Source: Octopus sinensis (taxonomy: Eukaryota). Taken from it: a stretch of DNA of 64,000 nucleotides. A model generated the notes under the pieces. That model did no database searches. It worked only from the letters and a program-made list of their open reading frames with translations, and had not been told where the DNA came from. Each line of letters begins with the position of its first letter. Position 1 is the first letter of the stretch. Shown piece after piece: positions 38,416-51,642 of this stretch. The DNA is taken from contig NC_043001.1 in NCBI RefSeq assembly GCF_006345805.1, forward strand, positions 124,000,001 through 124,064,000, written 5' to 3'. Position numbers and translations under genes: made by a program.

Positions 38416-40694
38416 CACACACACACACACACACACATACACACACACACATATATATATATATAACACACACACACACACATATTGTGTGTATATATGC
38501 GCGCGTGAGTGCTTGTAGCAATAAATGCATGACTTCCTTTGCAAACTTTCATTCAATGCCCTTAGTGAATCGGATGTTTTATGCACTAAAAATATCTCTC
38601 CTCTATAATTGTTGACTACAATTTTTTAAGTTTTTATGAAGTAGAAATATGAAAGACCAGCTTTCATATGCCGTTATTTTTAATACGTTGAATACTACAT
38701 ATATATGGCCGCGGCCTTCGGGCTTTTAAGGATTTAAGGATATAATTATAACGTACTGTACACCGCTTCATTTCAAAAACTTATGCAATGACTGCGATGT
38801 AATAATTATGGATTTCTAATAAACATACATGGTTAGGATTTTATAGGATGGAACAGTCGATTATATTGGCCCCTGTTAATTTACTAATACATTTTCCTCT
38901 CTATAAGGGAAAGATGATGTCAAATCCAGCCTACGCAACTAAATATCGAAAGGATTTAAAAAATATTTATCTAGGGTTCTGAACATCTACTCTTCTATAC
39001 TTCGGAGATCTAATTTTGATGCAAAATGTAAGGGTGTTTATAAATACTGATACATTTGGTTTAGATGGATAATATAAGAAAGCATGATGCGTAGCAGATT
39101 GGCCCTTCAGTAGATGCACTTTAGTAAAGATGTGTTAGCATGCTGAGAAAGGAAAGAGATACCTCTTAAAATTTATGTTCTCGTATAGATTACGGGTAAA
39201 ATTAGGTATGATTGTGTACATTTGTTTTCACAGTCCCGTGTTAAACCCATTTGAGAACACGAGATCAAAGGCATTCCAGCAGTGACCATCTCATCTTTTT
39301 CCTCTATGCTCGGCACTCAAGAGCATATTATACGAATGACATTTGAAAGGTGAATGAGTGTAACTTGAAGGTATTTGGTACTATTTCTACCATACGGAGT
39401 AACCAGATGATGGCGGTCTCCACATTGTCTCAGGGACAGGAAATACGTCCAAGTAGCATACGCCGCAAAAGAAAGTTTCACTAAGTGTTATTTTTATATA
39501 TATACTGCTTTGATAGGAAAGGGAGGGTACTCGTCATGACATATATAACAGGGCCTGCGAAAGCAGTAAGAGAAGGAAGAAAGTTGAATTCACTGAAGGT
39601 TTCTTGCTCGAATTCTTGCAATAAAAACACTCTTAAAGTGAACGTGGTAATTTTAAAAAGGGCGGCGGGTTAAAACTAAGGCACAGGAACTCTTAATACA
39701 CAGGGTTTGAATAAATGGCAAAAAATATCGTCAGAAATTGTAACAATTACACCGCACCACGGGACTGGTAATTCATTTCTATGGAATATCTGTTGAGATG
39801 ACCTTAACACGTCATTTCATTTACTTCGAAAAGGTAAAAGGTGAAATTGACCTCCGCGATAATTGATCACAGAACTCAAACAACCAGAACAAATAATCAT
39901 GAGGAATCCTGATCAACGCAGTAACAGTTCCGCCAATCCAATTTGCTGGACTGTGTTTTGTTTCATAGATACCGAAAAAATAAAAAGTTTCGCCGCGACG
40001 ACATTTGAATTCAGAAATACGGAAAAGCATTTGTTGTCCGACTTGTTGAGAGAAATACTGTTGTTTCATGTAAAGGCCTGTGTAAAAGACGTTTCTACAT
40101 ATGTACGTTCATAACATTCTCTTTGCGAGATTTTTCTAAACGAAAATCGCAGAGTAATTCAGTAAAATTCTTAAGGAGAATTTTCCTCCACAACATCAGT
40201 ACTGTTAATTTTTTTATTCTGCTAATTCTATTATAGAAACAACTAACCGTTCTAATTTCAAGAAGTATGATGATTATTCGAAACAAACCAATAGTTATAG
40301 ATTTGTCTGATTATATATATTAGACGTAATGATATAGATTATTAACTGAAAGTATGCAAGGGCATTTAGTAACAACAACGACTACTATAATAATGTTGAT
40401 AGTAATTCAACCCTTTTTCAAAAGGCAAAAGTCATTTTTTGTGTGTGACGGGGACTCGCCGATTACATCAACTCAATGCTCAAATGAAACTTGCTTCATC
40501 GACCCCGAAAGGATAATAGGTAAATTCAACCGCGGTTGCATTTGAAATGAGAAAGTAAAGCTAAAAGAATGCCGCTAATCATTTTGCCCGACAGTGTAGC
40601 GATTCCCCCATTCACGTTCATAATTACTCTACATCCTACATGTGTCTAGAAAGTTCTCTGTACCAAAACCCCACAACAATTTCTGTAATTGTAG

Positions 40695-40911
40695 AGTGAA
40701 AAGATATACTCTCAATGGTCATTGGAAAGTAATAATGGTTTTATAAATGTAGATATAGCCCATAATTCTACAAATTCTACGTCGGTTCCACTTACTACAA
40801 ACACATCAACTTACTTTCTAAAAGCACTAAGCACGGTGTCCACTACTGTGCTAGCTCTCTACAAATCGTACGTTGAGCAATTAACACGCAATGCCACTTC
40901 ATCCAGGCAAG
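40695..40911 (+). CDS. Candidate internal exon (217 nt, phase 0 to 1), S/T-rich with NxS/T sequons
   Basis: Acceptor TTTCTGTAATTGTAG and donor CAAG|GTACAT bound a single open frame: SEKIYSQWSLESNNGFINVDIAHNSTNSTSVPLTTNTSTYFLKALSTVSTTVLALYKSYVEQLTRNATSSRQ. Both other frames contain stops. Confidence 0.4.
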
Positions 40912-41172
40912 GTACATATATACATATATACACACACGCACATACATATATACACACACATTATATATGTATATATGTGTGTGTGTGTATAGTCATGGTA
41001 TATTCTTTTAAGAACGTAACAGAGTTTTTCAATTATATATACATATGTTTATACATACATATGTATGTGTGTATATATATATATATTATATATATATAAT
41101 ATATATATATGTGTGTATATATATTTATGTGTGTGTGTATATATATATATATGTATTTTTACCGAATTTTTA

Positions 41173-41254
<82 letters not shown>

Positions 41255-41463
41255 CATAGTACATATATATATATGCACATATTTTTACCGTGATTTGGAA
41301 TTGGAATTTACCACCTGAGAATATTTGTTTCTGAATATAAAAAGCAATCAGTAATCCAAACAACGTCACGGGTTGTTAACTAAGAAAATTTGCCAATTTA
41401 TTTTCTTTTGAGTTGCTTTTTTAATCTTCAGAGAATCCTCTATATTTGTGCAACATGACAGTG

Positions 41464-41511
<48 letters not shown>

Positions 41512-42294
41512 CCTGTTTGTCTGTCTGTCTGTCTGTCTGTCGCTACAACCATTATTTGTGTTTTTCAGTATAACTCTCTAATATAGCTACATAAATACAT
41601 GCATAAATACGCGCACACACATACATATACATACACACACGCCTCACACACACATACACACATCGAGCGCGCACGCTCAATGACACACACACACATATAT
41701 ATATATATATTATATATAATATATATATATATTATTAATAGATATATAGAGCAGATGCACTTGTATTTATATGTGCGTTATTTCGCAATGTGTGTGTATG
41801 ATTGAAAGTCAAGGTGCGAGGCGAGGTAATGTTATAGTGTAGGAACAATTATATGTGTCCATCGTCATCTGATTTCCTTAAATTGTCTCTCTAGACAAGA
41901 AATATCACTCTTATTTAAACATTAAATGACAGTGGAGAAAGAACATATATATGTGTAATACATTGTTTTGTTTTTGTTGGATGACAGATGACAAAACTTC
42001 AGATTCGCTTTAACCATATAAACGAATTTGCAATTAGGACTTGACAGGATACTGAATGAAAATAAGTGAAAATACATCTATTACCGGATACAGAACTCCT
42101 AAGAGTAAGGTGAAATGATAGCACTTCATCCGATATACAGCAATTTTTCGAATATGAGTACATACATAGATGCACACATACACATATTTGGTTATGTGTA
42201 TGTATGTATACATATAGATTAATTTATATATATATATATGCATTTACGTATGTATATTTGCCTCTCTCTATACACACACATACACATACACACA

Positions 42295-42329
<35 letters not shown>

Positions 42330-42335
<6 letters not shown>

Positions 42336-42613
42336 ATATAAGGGTTTTTTGCAACAAGTTGCTTAAACTACGTACCGTTGTCTTTCTTCCTCTTTTACCG
42401 TATGCGAGTTACAAATACTGTTGTTTGTGGAGACTTATTGATGTAGTAAAACAATAGTAGCCCTTTGACTGCTATTTCTAATATTTTCGGTATGTAAGTT
42501 TAAGCATATTATAATTATATTATAATTATATTATTTTTTACCGAATATGGTCTTTTTCCATACCGAAATACTACTAGGTGAAATTATTAATTTTATTAAA
42601 TTAATTATATTTC
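42330..42613 (-). repeat. TA-tract-associated repeat, same family as 13025-13290
   Basis: Collinear reverse-complement similarity over about 250 bp, with TA tracts on both sides. Confidence 0.75.
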
Positions 42614-42666
42614 ACCCCTTATCTGTATATATATATATTATATATATATATATATAATATATGTTG

Positions 42667-42702
<36 letters not shown>

Positions 42703-42706
42703 TATA

Positions 42707-42742
<36 letters not shown>

Positions 42743-42934
42743 GTATATATATTATATAGATATATATAAATTCATAAGTGAGGGTGAAAAATTAGAGTTA
42801 ACCACTTAGCGGTAACTCTCTTATATTTATATATACATATATATATATATATATAATAATATATATATATATATATATATTACAGGTTGTTGTTGCCAAT
42901 AGAGTCGATTTCTGAATTATTGCAACTCTTGTGG

Positions 42935-43460
42935 TTACACCATTCTCAATAAGACAGCTGTCATGTCTGTTGGTGACGGTACCTAGGGCACCACTAGCAA
43001 CTAGGATTACTCTTGTGGAATCCCTCCACAGTCATCGTATTTTCCAAGCTAAATCCTGGCATTTTCTTATTATCTGCTGTTCTTTGAACGCGACATTACT
43101 GTCCACAGGTATGTCCACATCTATGATGATGTACTCTTTTTGCTAACTGTTAAGAACCATAGTATCTGGTCGTCTGGCATGCAGTTCGCGAACAGTCTGT
43201 ACATTAAAATCCCATAACAGCTTGTATTAGTCATTCTCTATTACACTTTCCTGTACATTTTCTTCCTACTTTAAATTATTTGCAATAACAACTGTTAGCA
43301 ACTCCGATATCAGTGGACGGCAAGTTATTGGTCGGTAGTTGCTTAATAAATTTCCTTTCTTCTGCTCCTTCAGTATCAGAACGCTCTTACATTTCGTCAT
43401 CCATTCAAGAGTATCTTGTCTGCGAATCCAATTCTTTAGATGTTCTTCTATCATGGCATG
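42935..43460 (-). pseudogene. Old R4/Dong-like remnant: RT start joined to RLE domain
   Basis: EWMTKCKSVLILKEQKKGNLLSNYRPITCRPL (early RT) is followed almost directly by KLLWDFNVQT.REL.ARRPD...IIIDVDIP...DLAW...ILVASGALG (RLE). Confidence 0.75.
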
Positions 43461-43789
43461 CAGCGAAACATTTTAGCCAGAATCTGTGAGCCAAATCTGT
43501 TCCAGGATATTTCTAGTTTGACATCCTTTTCAAGACATTTTCTAACGTTTCTCCTGTGATCTCTACATATCTCTGTTTTGGCAAATCTGCGTTATTTGCC
43601 TTTAAATTGCATCGCCAGAGTGTTACACTTCGTGTCTCCAGAATACTTGTGTCTCTCCCTTGTTCACTGTAAAATCTCAATTTAGTTCATTGTATATTCT
43701 ACTTCGACCTCTTTCGAAAAATTCATTTTGTCTAAACTGTTCAATTTAGTTCTTGTATATCTTTATGATTCTTCTTTTTCTTCTTCGTT

Positions 43790-43966
43790 TTCTCATTCTT
43801 TTTCTTATTCTTCTTTTTCTTTTCTTCTTCTTCTTCTTCTGCTTCTTTTTCTTCTTCTTCTTCGTTCTTCTTCTTCTTCTTCTTCTTCTTCTTCTTCTTC
43901 TTCTTCTTCTTCTTCTTCTTCTTCTTCTACTTCTTCTTAATATTATTATTACTATTATTATTATTA

Positions 43967-44028
<62 letters not shown>

Positions 44029-44032
44029 TTAC
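43790..44032. repeat. Compound (TTC)n-(ATT)n microsatellite
   Basis: Directly visible. Confidence 0.9.
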
Positions 44033-44311
44033 TTCTCTGAGCACTCTATCTTACTTGCTATGATTCATTCTGTGAGATCGGACAACAACCTGATACTTTA
44101 GCAAAATATAAGCTTTGGTACTTGGATATTAACTTGCCGTGGAATTCACCCAAGGACCAATCTCAACATCCTAGCTGTCTCCGATAGAGCAGATGTTTGG
44201 GCCTGCTCTGCTCACATCTCAATTTCATTTTCTTCGACATATTTCTTGAACATGCTCGGAGTACCACCACAACTATTGGGATAACAGTAATTATTATTAT
44301 TATCGTTATTA

Positions 44312-44362
<51 letters not shown>

Positions 44363-44384
44363 TATTATTATTATTATTATTATT

Positions 44385-44805
44385 CAGTAGTTTTATTTTT
44401 TATAGTGTGCTTTCACTTCACTACCGAGCACAGCTCTGTGTGCCTTGGGTATGTGCTGTGATTTGTTCTGATGCTCTGATGGTTATTGTATGGAAAGTGT
44501 TCTGCGTAGGATGTGTGCAGTGCCTAGTAGTGCAATTTTCTGTATGTTATATGCGTTTGTAAGTCCTGGTGTTTTTGTTATGTATTTGTCTGAATATTTT
44601 TTTATCATGCCTAATGCACCTACTATGATAGGAATTGTTTCTGTTTTCAGATTCCACATTCTGGTTACCTCCATTTCCAGGTCTTTGTATTTTGAAAGTT
44701 TCTCATTTCTTTTAGAGACACGTTGTCATCTGCCGGTATTGATACATCAATTAGAAAGCATTTTTTTTCTTCATGATCTCTTACAACTATATCTGGTCTG
44801 TTGGC

Positions 44806-44806
<1 letters not shown>
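44385..44806 (-). mobile_element. R4/Dong subfamily 1, 3' fragment
   Basis: Nearly identical to 30287-30710. Starts at ANRPDIVV. (ATT)n on both sides. Confidence 0.92.
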
Positions 44807-44863
<57 letters not shown>

Positions 44864-44869
44864 GTTATA

Positions 44870-44917
<48 letters not shown>

Positions 44918-45055
44918 GTTGTTGTTGTTGTTGTTGTTGCTGTGTTTGTGGTCGTTGTTGTTTTTATTTATATGACTCTTAATATATAATTGTATATGTC
45001 TGTGCTTCAGTGTCTATTTCCGTAATTGTCACATTGTCTGGTTTTTATTTTAAAG

Positions 45056-45127
45056 ACTATTTCCACGTTCGAGAAAATTTCATGGCGTTTAATTTTTCCC
45101 AACAGAATACTACTACAACGATTGCAA
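45056..45127 (+). CDS. Weak candidate exon (72 nt, phase 1-1)
   Basis: GGTTTTTATTTTAAAG|ACTATTTCC...ATTGCAA|GTAAAA. Reads (D)YFHVRENFMAFNFSQQNTTTTIA, in phase with the 40695-40911 candidate. Confidence 0.2.
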
Positions 45128-46249
45128 GTAAAACCACTTCCTGCTTCTACTGCAGTGGCCATTTTGTTGAAAACAAAGCAAGGAAAAACATTGTAAATGG
45201 CCTCTTCACAGAAATATAGACACATTAAAAAAATGTCTGCAAAGAATTTGGACACAACTAGGTCTCTCCCGATCGCAATATTTGATATATTATGCCTACA
45301 TATTTAATAAAATTCTTCGGCAATAGCTTTGCTGTCACTCTGATAGATATTTATACTGATACAAGTATACCATTCAACAATTTGCAGTTTATAGCAAGTG
45401 ATTTTTATTTCCATTCCGCATGGTTATGTACGCTGGTTATACCGAGTTTATTTCTCATGAAATCAACATAAACCATTTTAATTTTCCTGCTAATGATATT
45501 AATATGCATAGTTAACAGGCGGCAATCTGGACAATGAAATGTGAATAGGTTTTGATTTTGTGCTCTTTTGTAAAGTAATCCCTGAACATTAATTAACTCT
45601 TGCAGCATTAAAATATGTTCAGAGATAATGCAAATGAAGTCAAAATACTTGTCTAGAAACTGATTCACCTCTCTCTTTATCACACACACACTCTCTCTCT
45701 CCTCTCTGCCACTCCTTATATCCTAATGCCTCCCACTCTCTCATTCTTTCACACATTTGCATCAAATATGACAATCAAATTTACCCGTCTCAGAAGCACA
45801 TTATTTATTATTAAATTCCCAGCTACATTAATTCAATTGTTTTAATCGGGATAATATCAATCAACTTTTACATGTTACTCTATTCTATGCTTTTTGTTAC
45901 ACATTTTGATGCACTCTCTCTCTTATAACGTTGCTACAAATTTGGATGCACACTTTTTCTACTGAAATAATTCTCAATTTTTTTATGTCAAAATGTAGGT
46001 TGGGACCAGTCCACTTCCAAAATGTTAACAGTCTCCAATTTGACTGATAACTCAATTAGCGACAAGCTCTGAAATATGCTGCGTATGAGTAAACTGCGGC
46101 CTTAAGAATATTACCGTAGTTGAATGATGACGGTTATAGGTTTCCTTGTTGGTACACATCGCTTACTACATTGAGCTCGATATATAACTTGTTTGTAATA
46201 TACTGATATACATATCAGCATTATCTATCAATATACGTACTCATACATA

Positions 46250-46287
<38 letters not shown>

Positions 46288-46305
46288 TATTATATATATA
46301 TATAT

Positions 46306-46503
46306 AACGGTAAGCTTAAAAAAAAATAAACAAAAGACGAAGGCAGGTGGAATACAAACAAACAATTGTATTAGTATGGCGCTCAGGAATATAAATAAAA
46401 CAAGTCTTTTACGTTTCGAGCCTACGCTCTTCAACAGAAAGATACACAGAAAAGAAACACAGAAACAAACAAGGAGAGAAAAAATGCGTGCAGAGGCTAG
46501 CGA
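46306..46503 (-). mobile_element. TA-anchored ~200-bp repeat with a hammerhead-like motif (Penelope pLTR-like), copy 1
   Basis: Near-identical to 49299-49497. The minus strand contains TCTTT-CTGTTGAA-GAGCGTAGGCTC-GAAACGTA-AAAGA. Confidence 0.6.
46405..46442 (-). ncRNA. Putative minimal hammerhead ribozyme variant
   Basis: Stem I UCUUU/AAAGA, stem II GAGC-GUAG-GCUC, GAAAC-GUA with palindromic ACGU. The core CUGUUGAA deviates from CUGANGA. Confidence 0.4.
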
Positions 46504-46936
46504 ATCAATGTACGTATGTATGTATGTATGTATGTATGTATGTATGTATGTGCAAATACATATGAGTAATTATAGATCCAAGGAACTAAGTGTAGGCTGT
46601 GTGTAAGATTTGAGCAGTCTGTGGTTGTTATGAAAAACAACGTTCAGGAACAATAATACTTTGTTGGCGTCGAAGGAAGCACTCTTTCCTACTAACGAAG
46701 GCTGATATGCTGTAAGAACATTTTTTTATATCTCATAGTTAGGATCTTGCGGAAGTGGAGCAGGCAAAATGCAGGCAACGTATCTTTCCCAGCAAACAGA
46801 CCTTCTGATGTAATAATTACTAAACAAGGAGTGCTAAGCTAAATACTAATCATGTCGAGGATACGTTAATTATATGAAGGATATATTGTTTCGGAATCCC
46901 AAGTTAACTCGGCGAAGACATAATTCCATATGTTAT

Positions 46937-46989
<53 letters not shown>

Positions 46990-47096
46990 TTTATGTATAT
47001 GGAAACATGTGTATGTGTGCGTGTGTATATACATACATACATAAATACATACATCTTTATACACTCATACATATATATATGTATGTACATATATAG

Positions 47097-47551
47097 AAAC
47101 ATTGGTCATAGAACAAACATCAAGTTCGAGTCATCGACTTTATATATAACACCATGATATATAAATATTACCATGGTTCTTAAACATATAAGAAATATAC
47201 ATGTACATAAAAACACAGAAGGTAAAAATGCCTACCATGGTTTTAAAAATTGAACTTTGGGCGTACTTTTATGTAAGGGGAACAAAAATACTTTTGAAAT
47301 ATTTTTAGCCGTTTGATATTATATTTTATCTTAGTTTATTAGTTTTTTGGTAGCATGACACGCTTTAGAGTTTTTATTAATTTTTAGTCGTTTATATTTA
47401 CCTTTTCGATTGGCCGTTTATAAATTTGTATTTTAGCCGCATATATATTTTTACCTTCTGTAATATTTATATATGATTAAATGTTTTAGGGTATGGTGTT
47501 ATATATAAAGTCGTTTATTAGAATGTGATGTTTGTTCTATGACCAATGTTT
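47097..47551. repeat. Inverted-repeat element (about 60-bp outer arms plus an inner inverted segment)
   Basis: AAACATTGGTCATAGAACAAACATC...CGACTTTATATATAACACCAT recurs as its reverse complement at ~47493-47551. Inner ACAGAAGGTAAAAAT / ATTTTTACCTTCTGT. Confidence 0.8.
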
Positions 47552-47664
47552 TGTTATCTTTGTCTCATTTACACTTGAGTACAGCTTCTTTTGCAGTCCT
47601 ATGACCAATGTTTTGTTATCTTTGTCTCATTTACACTTGAGTACAGCTTCTTTTGCAGTCCTAT
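47537..47664. repeat. Perfect 62-bp tandem duplication
   Basis: CTATGACCAATG...TTTTGCAGTC starts at 47537 and 47599, with a trailing CTAT at 47661. Confidence 0.92.
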
Positions 47665-47720
47665 AAACCCTTTTGTTTCCATAAAAAGAGACAAATATTA
47701 TTGTGTGTGTGTGCGTGTAT

Positions 47721-47868
47721 ACGACGGGCTTCTTTCAATTTCCGTGTACTAAATCTACTCAGAAGGCTTTGGTCGGGCCGAGGCTATAGTAGAAGAGTTG
47801 TCCAAGGTGCCACGCAGTAGGACTGAACCCGGAATGATATGATTGGTAAGTAAGCTACTTGCCACATT
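47721..47868 (-). mobile_element. SINE family A, 5' half
   Basis: GGCTATAGTAGAAGA...CAAGGTGCCACGCAGTAGGACTGAACCCGGAA. Confidence 0.8.
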
Positions 47869-47875
47869 CCCCTAC

Positions 47876-47906
<31 letters not shown>

Positions 47907-47999
47907 ATATATATATATATATATAGATAGATAGATAGATAGATAGACCGATAGAATATATACATATATATATATATATTATATAACCAAACTGACTGT

Positions 48000-48557
48000 G
48001 GATTTTGACGTAGATTTACGAGTCTACATTCGACAGAGCCATATACACTCGAAAATCGGTTGTTTGAAGTGAAATTTCTTTCAATCAATGGACACCAGGT
48101 TGGGCAGCAATCTGACACAGGATAAGACGACTTCTCTCCTGTCTCATGGCCTTATAAAATTTCGTGAGCTCATAACGGTGGATCATCATTTAGAGGAGAG
48201 GGCTAAAATCCTCCTTCAACATTCGTTACATAGATGTTCGGCTTACTTCGGCCGTGGCAGCCAGTTTTCTGACGGAATGACGCAGATTTCATCGTATCTT
48301 TTCTCTCGTACTTTTGATAAGGTGCAAGGTCGGCACGCTTCTCTTACAACCATGATCATATCAGTTAGCGGTGGAACAATCGCTTGAAATTTCTTGACAA
48401 TTTTTCAGACCGTTGTTCGGTAAATGTTAAGATTTATTGCTATAGGTATATTACTTTCGCCTCCTTTGTGGAATGTTATGATTGTATTTCGGTCTATAGC
48501 CATCATCTAATTAATAAATCTCAATTTATTTAGTCTGAAACAAAAAGAGGACACTGT
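48000..48557 (-). pseudogene. maT/DD37D-like Tc1-mariner transposase 5' fragment, degraded
   Basis: Minus strand reads REKIR*NLRHSVRKLAATAEVSRTSM*RMLKEDF...YELTKFYKAMRQERSRLIL, then in another frame LPNLVSID*KKF (first catalytic D region, compare LVFSDEKKF). Confidence 0.6.
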
Positions 48558-49027
48558 CGAAGTAATAGCTTCGATAAATATGATTCCTACCTTTGTAAGG
48601 TTGATACTACGTTCTTTCTACAAAATCAGTTAGTGGACATGCTCCCTGCACTCAACACACAATACTATGAAAATGTAAGAGTATATCTTTTTCCAACTCC
48701 GATGAGATTCAACTTCAGAATATTTTTGATTATATTAATTAATTTCTAAAGGTTTGAATCGAAACAGCTGTCAGAGATGATGTCCAAGTTTACAATTAGT
48801 AAATAATTATTAATTTAATTATCTCTATTTTCATATTTTCTTGAAAAGATATAGTAAACCCGGTTTATCCAATTAGCTTACAGTTGAATATTAAATGTAA
48901 TATTCAATACTTTTTGCAATACGTAATAAACCCGTATATCAATTGGGATTTATTATCCCTTAATGAGGCTTTTAACCTTTAGTTGAACTTATTATAATAT
49001 ATAGATATATATATATATATATATCTA

Positions 49028-49085
<58 letters not shown>

Positions 49086-49242
49086 GATACATACATGTAT
49101 ATATTAGGTGTGTATAATAATATGTATGCAATATATATGTATCTATCTATCTGTCTATCCATATATCTATATATCTATATTTATATATATATACATATAT
49201 ATATGTGTGTGTATAGACACACACACACACACACACACACAT

Positions 49243-49298
<56 letters not shown>

Positions 49299-49299
<1 letters not shown>

Positions 49300-49497
49300 A
49301 CGGGAAGCTTTATGAAAATAAACAAAAGACGAAGGCAGGTGGAGTACAAACAAACAATTGTATTAGTATGGTGCTCAGGAATATAAATAAAACAAGTCTT
49401 TTACGTTTGGAGCCTACGCTCTTCAACAGAAAGATACAGAGAAAAGAGACACGGAAAGAAACAAGGAAAGAAAAAAAATGCGTGCAGAAGCTAGCGA
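49299..49497 (-). mobile_element. TA-anchored repeat, copy 2 (hammerhead-like motif with GAAA changed to CAAA)
   Basis: Homolog of 46306-46503. The motif at 49397-49434 has GGCTCCAAACGTA. Confidence 0.6.
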
Positions 49498-49506
49498 TTC
49501 GACATG

Positions 49507-49598
49507 GCCATACGGTTTTCACTTCTGAATTTCTATAAGAACAGATTTGTCATCAGATAAGTTTTGTGTTTATAAATACGCTAGCCGACTTGAAACAC
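49507..49598 (+). repeat. 92-bp segment duplicated directly at 50834-50925
   Basis: Two mismatches by eye. Both copies run into (CA)n. Confidence 0.9.
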
Positions 49599-50576
49599 GC
49601 ACACATACACACAACACACACACACACACACACACACACACCCACACATATATATATATATATATATATATGTACATGGAGAGAAAGAGATTTATTGGAA
49701 TTTACATGACTTGTTTTACAATTTGTGTAATGGTGATAAAATCAAATGGACATTTTATATCAATGATGGCGGTGGGGCGGAAGTTGATTCTGAATGGAGT
49801 AAAATAAGAGGAACATTTAATCTGATGCATTTTTATGGGAACTAAACCTGAAATTTCTTTTCTTGCTGTTATTAAACCATAACCATCTCTTCCTTTTTTC
49901 CTTAGCTTTCTAAACCCTAGAGTATATTATTCAAAACGGTCTTTTTTGAAAATGTCGAGTGTTATTCTAGAGAGATTTGGCTATTATCTCTAGCATGTGC
50001 CGCGACTACTTACCTATCCATTCGTTGAGTCGTCATGCAAGAAGAAGCTAACAGATTTAATTGCACCCCAAATAATATTCTATACATATTAGCTTCCACA
50101 TGTACGGAAACCAGAAGTTAAAATCTCATCATTTAAACCTCTTTCACGTGTGTTGTCGTACCGTCAGCTCCGCCTTGTTCGGCAGGTTAAGTTGATGTCT
50201 AGCTCCATCCATCCCAACTGCCTCTTTCTGTCCGCAGTCTTCGGGAAACATTACTCTTTACGCAATCGCTGTATGTTATATATCCCGTAGAATAATTTAA
50301 TAGCTGCTCTCGATGTCAACCAAAAGGAATCTGAAAAAGAGGATTGATCCTTTCCCCAGCAATTTCTGTTTTTGGCACTATGCTCTCGTCTCAGTTACGT
50401 TAGTAAACGAGTTACATTTTGGTTCATCCCGTTGCTTTCTGGTTTGCTAATCTGAACAGCATTTTGTCTGTTGTGGTTGTAGTTAGAGTACTCAATGATC
50501 CTCAGCTGATATTGCAATTATCTATTGCACTAACACTATCCATTACTGACTCATAATAACATTTTAGAGGGACTAT

Positions 50577-50793
<217 letters not shown>

Positions 50794-50926
50794 CGCTTTC
50801 CCTGGTTCTTAGATGTTATTAAGTACTTATCAAGCCATACGGTTTTCACTTCTGAATTTCTATAAGAACAGATTTGTCATCAGATAAGTTTTGTGTTTAT
50901 AAATATGCTAGTCGACTTGAAACACA

Positions 50927-50995
<69 letters not shown>

Positions 50996-51600
50996 CACAC
51001 ACGCACGCACACACACATACACACAGAAACACACAAATACAAACATAAAAAGCGGGCACACAGAGACAACATAACAAAATTCTCAACCATCAGCTCAGAT
51101 GCTCGCTCGAACCTAGACACATACATAATCACCCATACGCTTAAACGCTGACGCAAAGATACTTCTGTCGCATTTAAAGGTACTCAGTCATATATATGTG
51201 CATAAGCAATGACATAGAAATATGTACATACACATACATAGATACATACACGAACAAGAACGCACACTGATATTCAAAGTTACACAAACGCAAAAACAAA
51301 AACATACATACACACATACATATAAACGTCTACAGGACCAAATATTCCAGTTTGATAGTTACATTTAGTAGCAGGAAAATATAAATGATTTAGATATTTG
51401 AACAACTTTATAAACGGAAACTACATGACATGTTTGTTTGAATTCATATATAATTTAATTTCACTACGTCATGGAACTCAAAATTGATCGGTGCCTTGTC
51501 TGCAAAAATATGTGATGAGGTTGCGAATCTGAAAATTTGAAGGTCATCTGATGACTTGTGAAGGTTACATCAAAATTCTCCCCTTTCTCCCACCAAAAAG

Positions 51601-51642
51601 TATTTAATTTTCTATATATGAATGGCACATTAACTCTGATAG
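51601..51642 (+). CDS. Weak candidate exon (42 nt, phase 1-1)
   Basis: Pyrimidine tract TTCTCCCCTTTCTCCCACCAAAAAG and consensus donor ATAG|GTAAGT. Reads (V)FNFLYMNGTLTLI(G). Confidence 0.25.

Noticed and set aside
47537-47664. CRISPR-like or regularly spaced repeats
   Set aside because: Only two contiguous identical units with no spacers, in eukaryotic TE-rich DNA, and no cas genes.
49520-49560. Minus-strand CTGATGA...GAAA in the 92-bp duplicated segment
   Set aside because: The intervening 16 nt cannot form stem II, and no NUH site with stem III follows.
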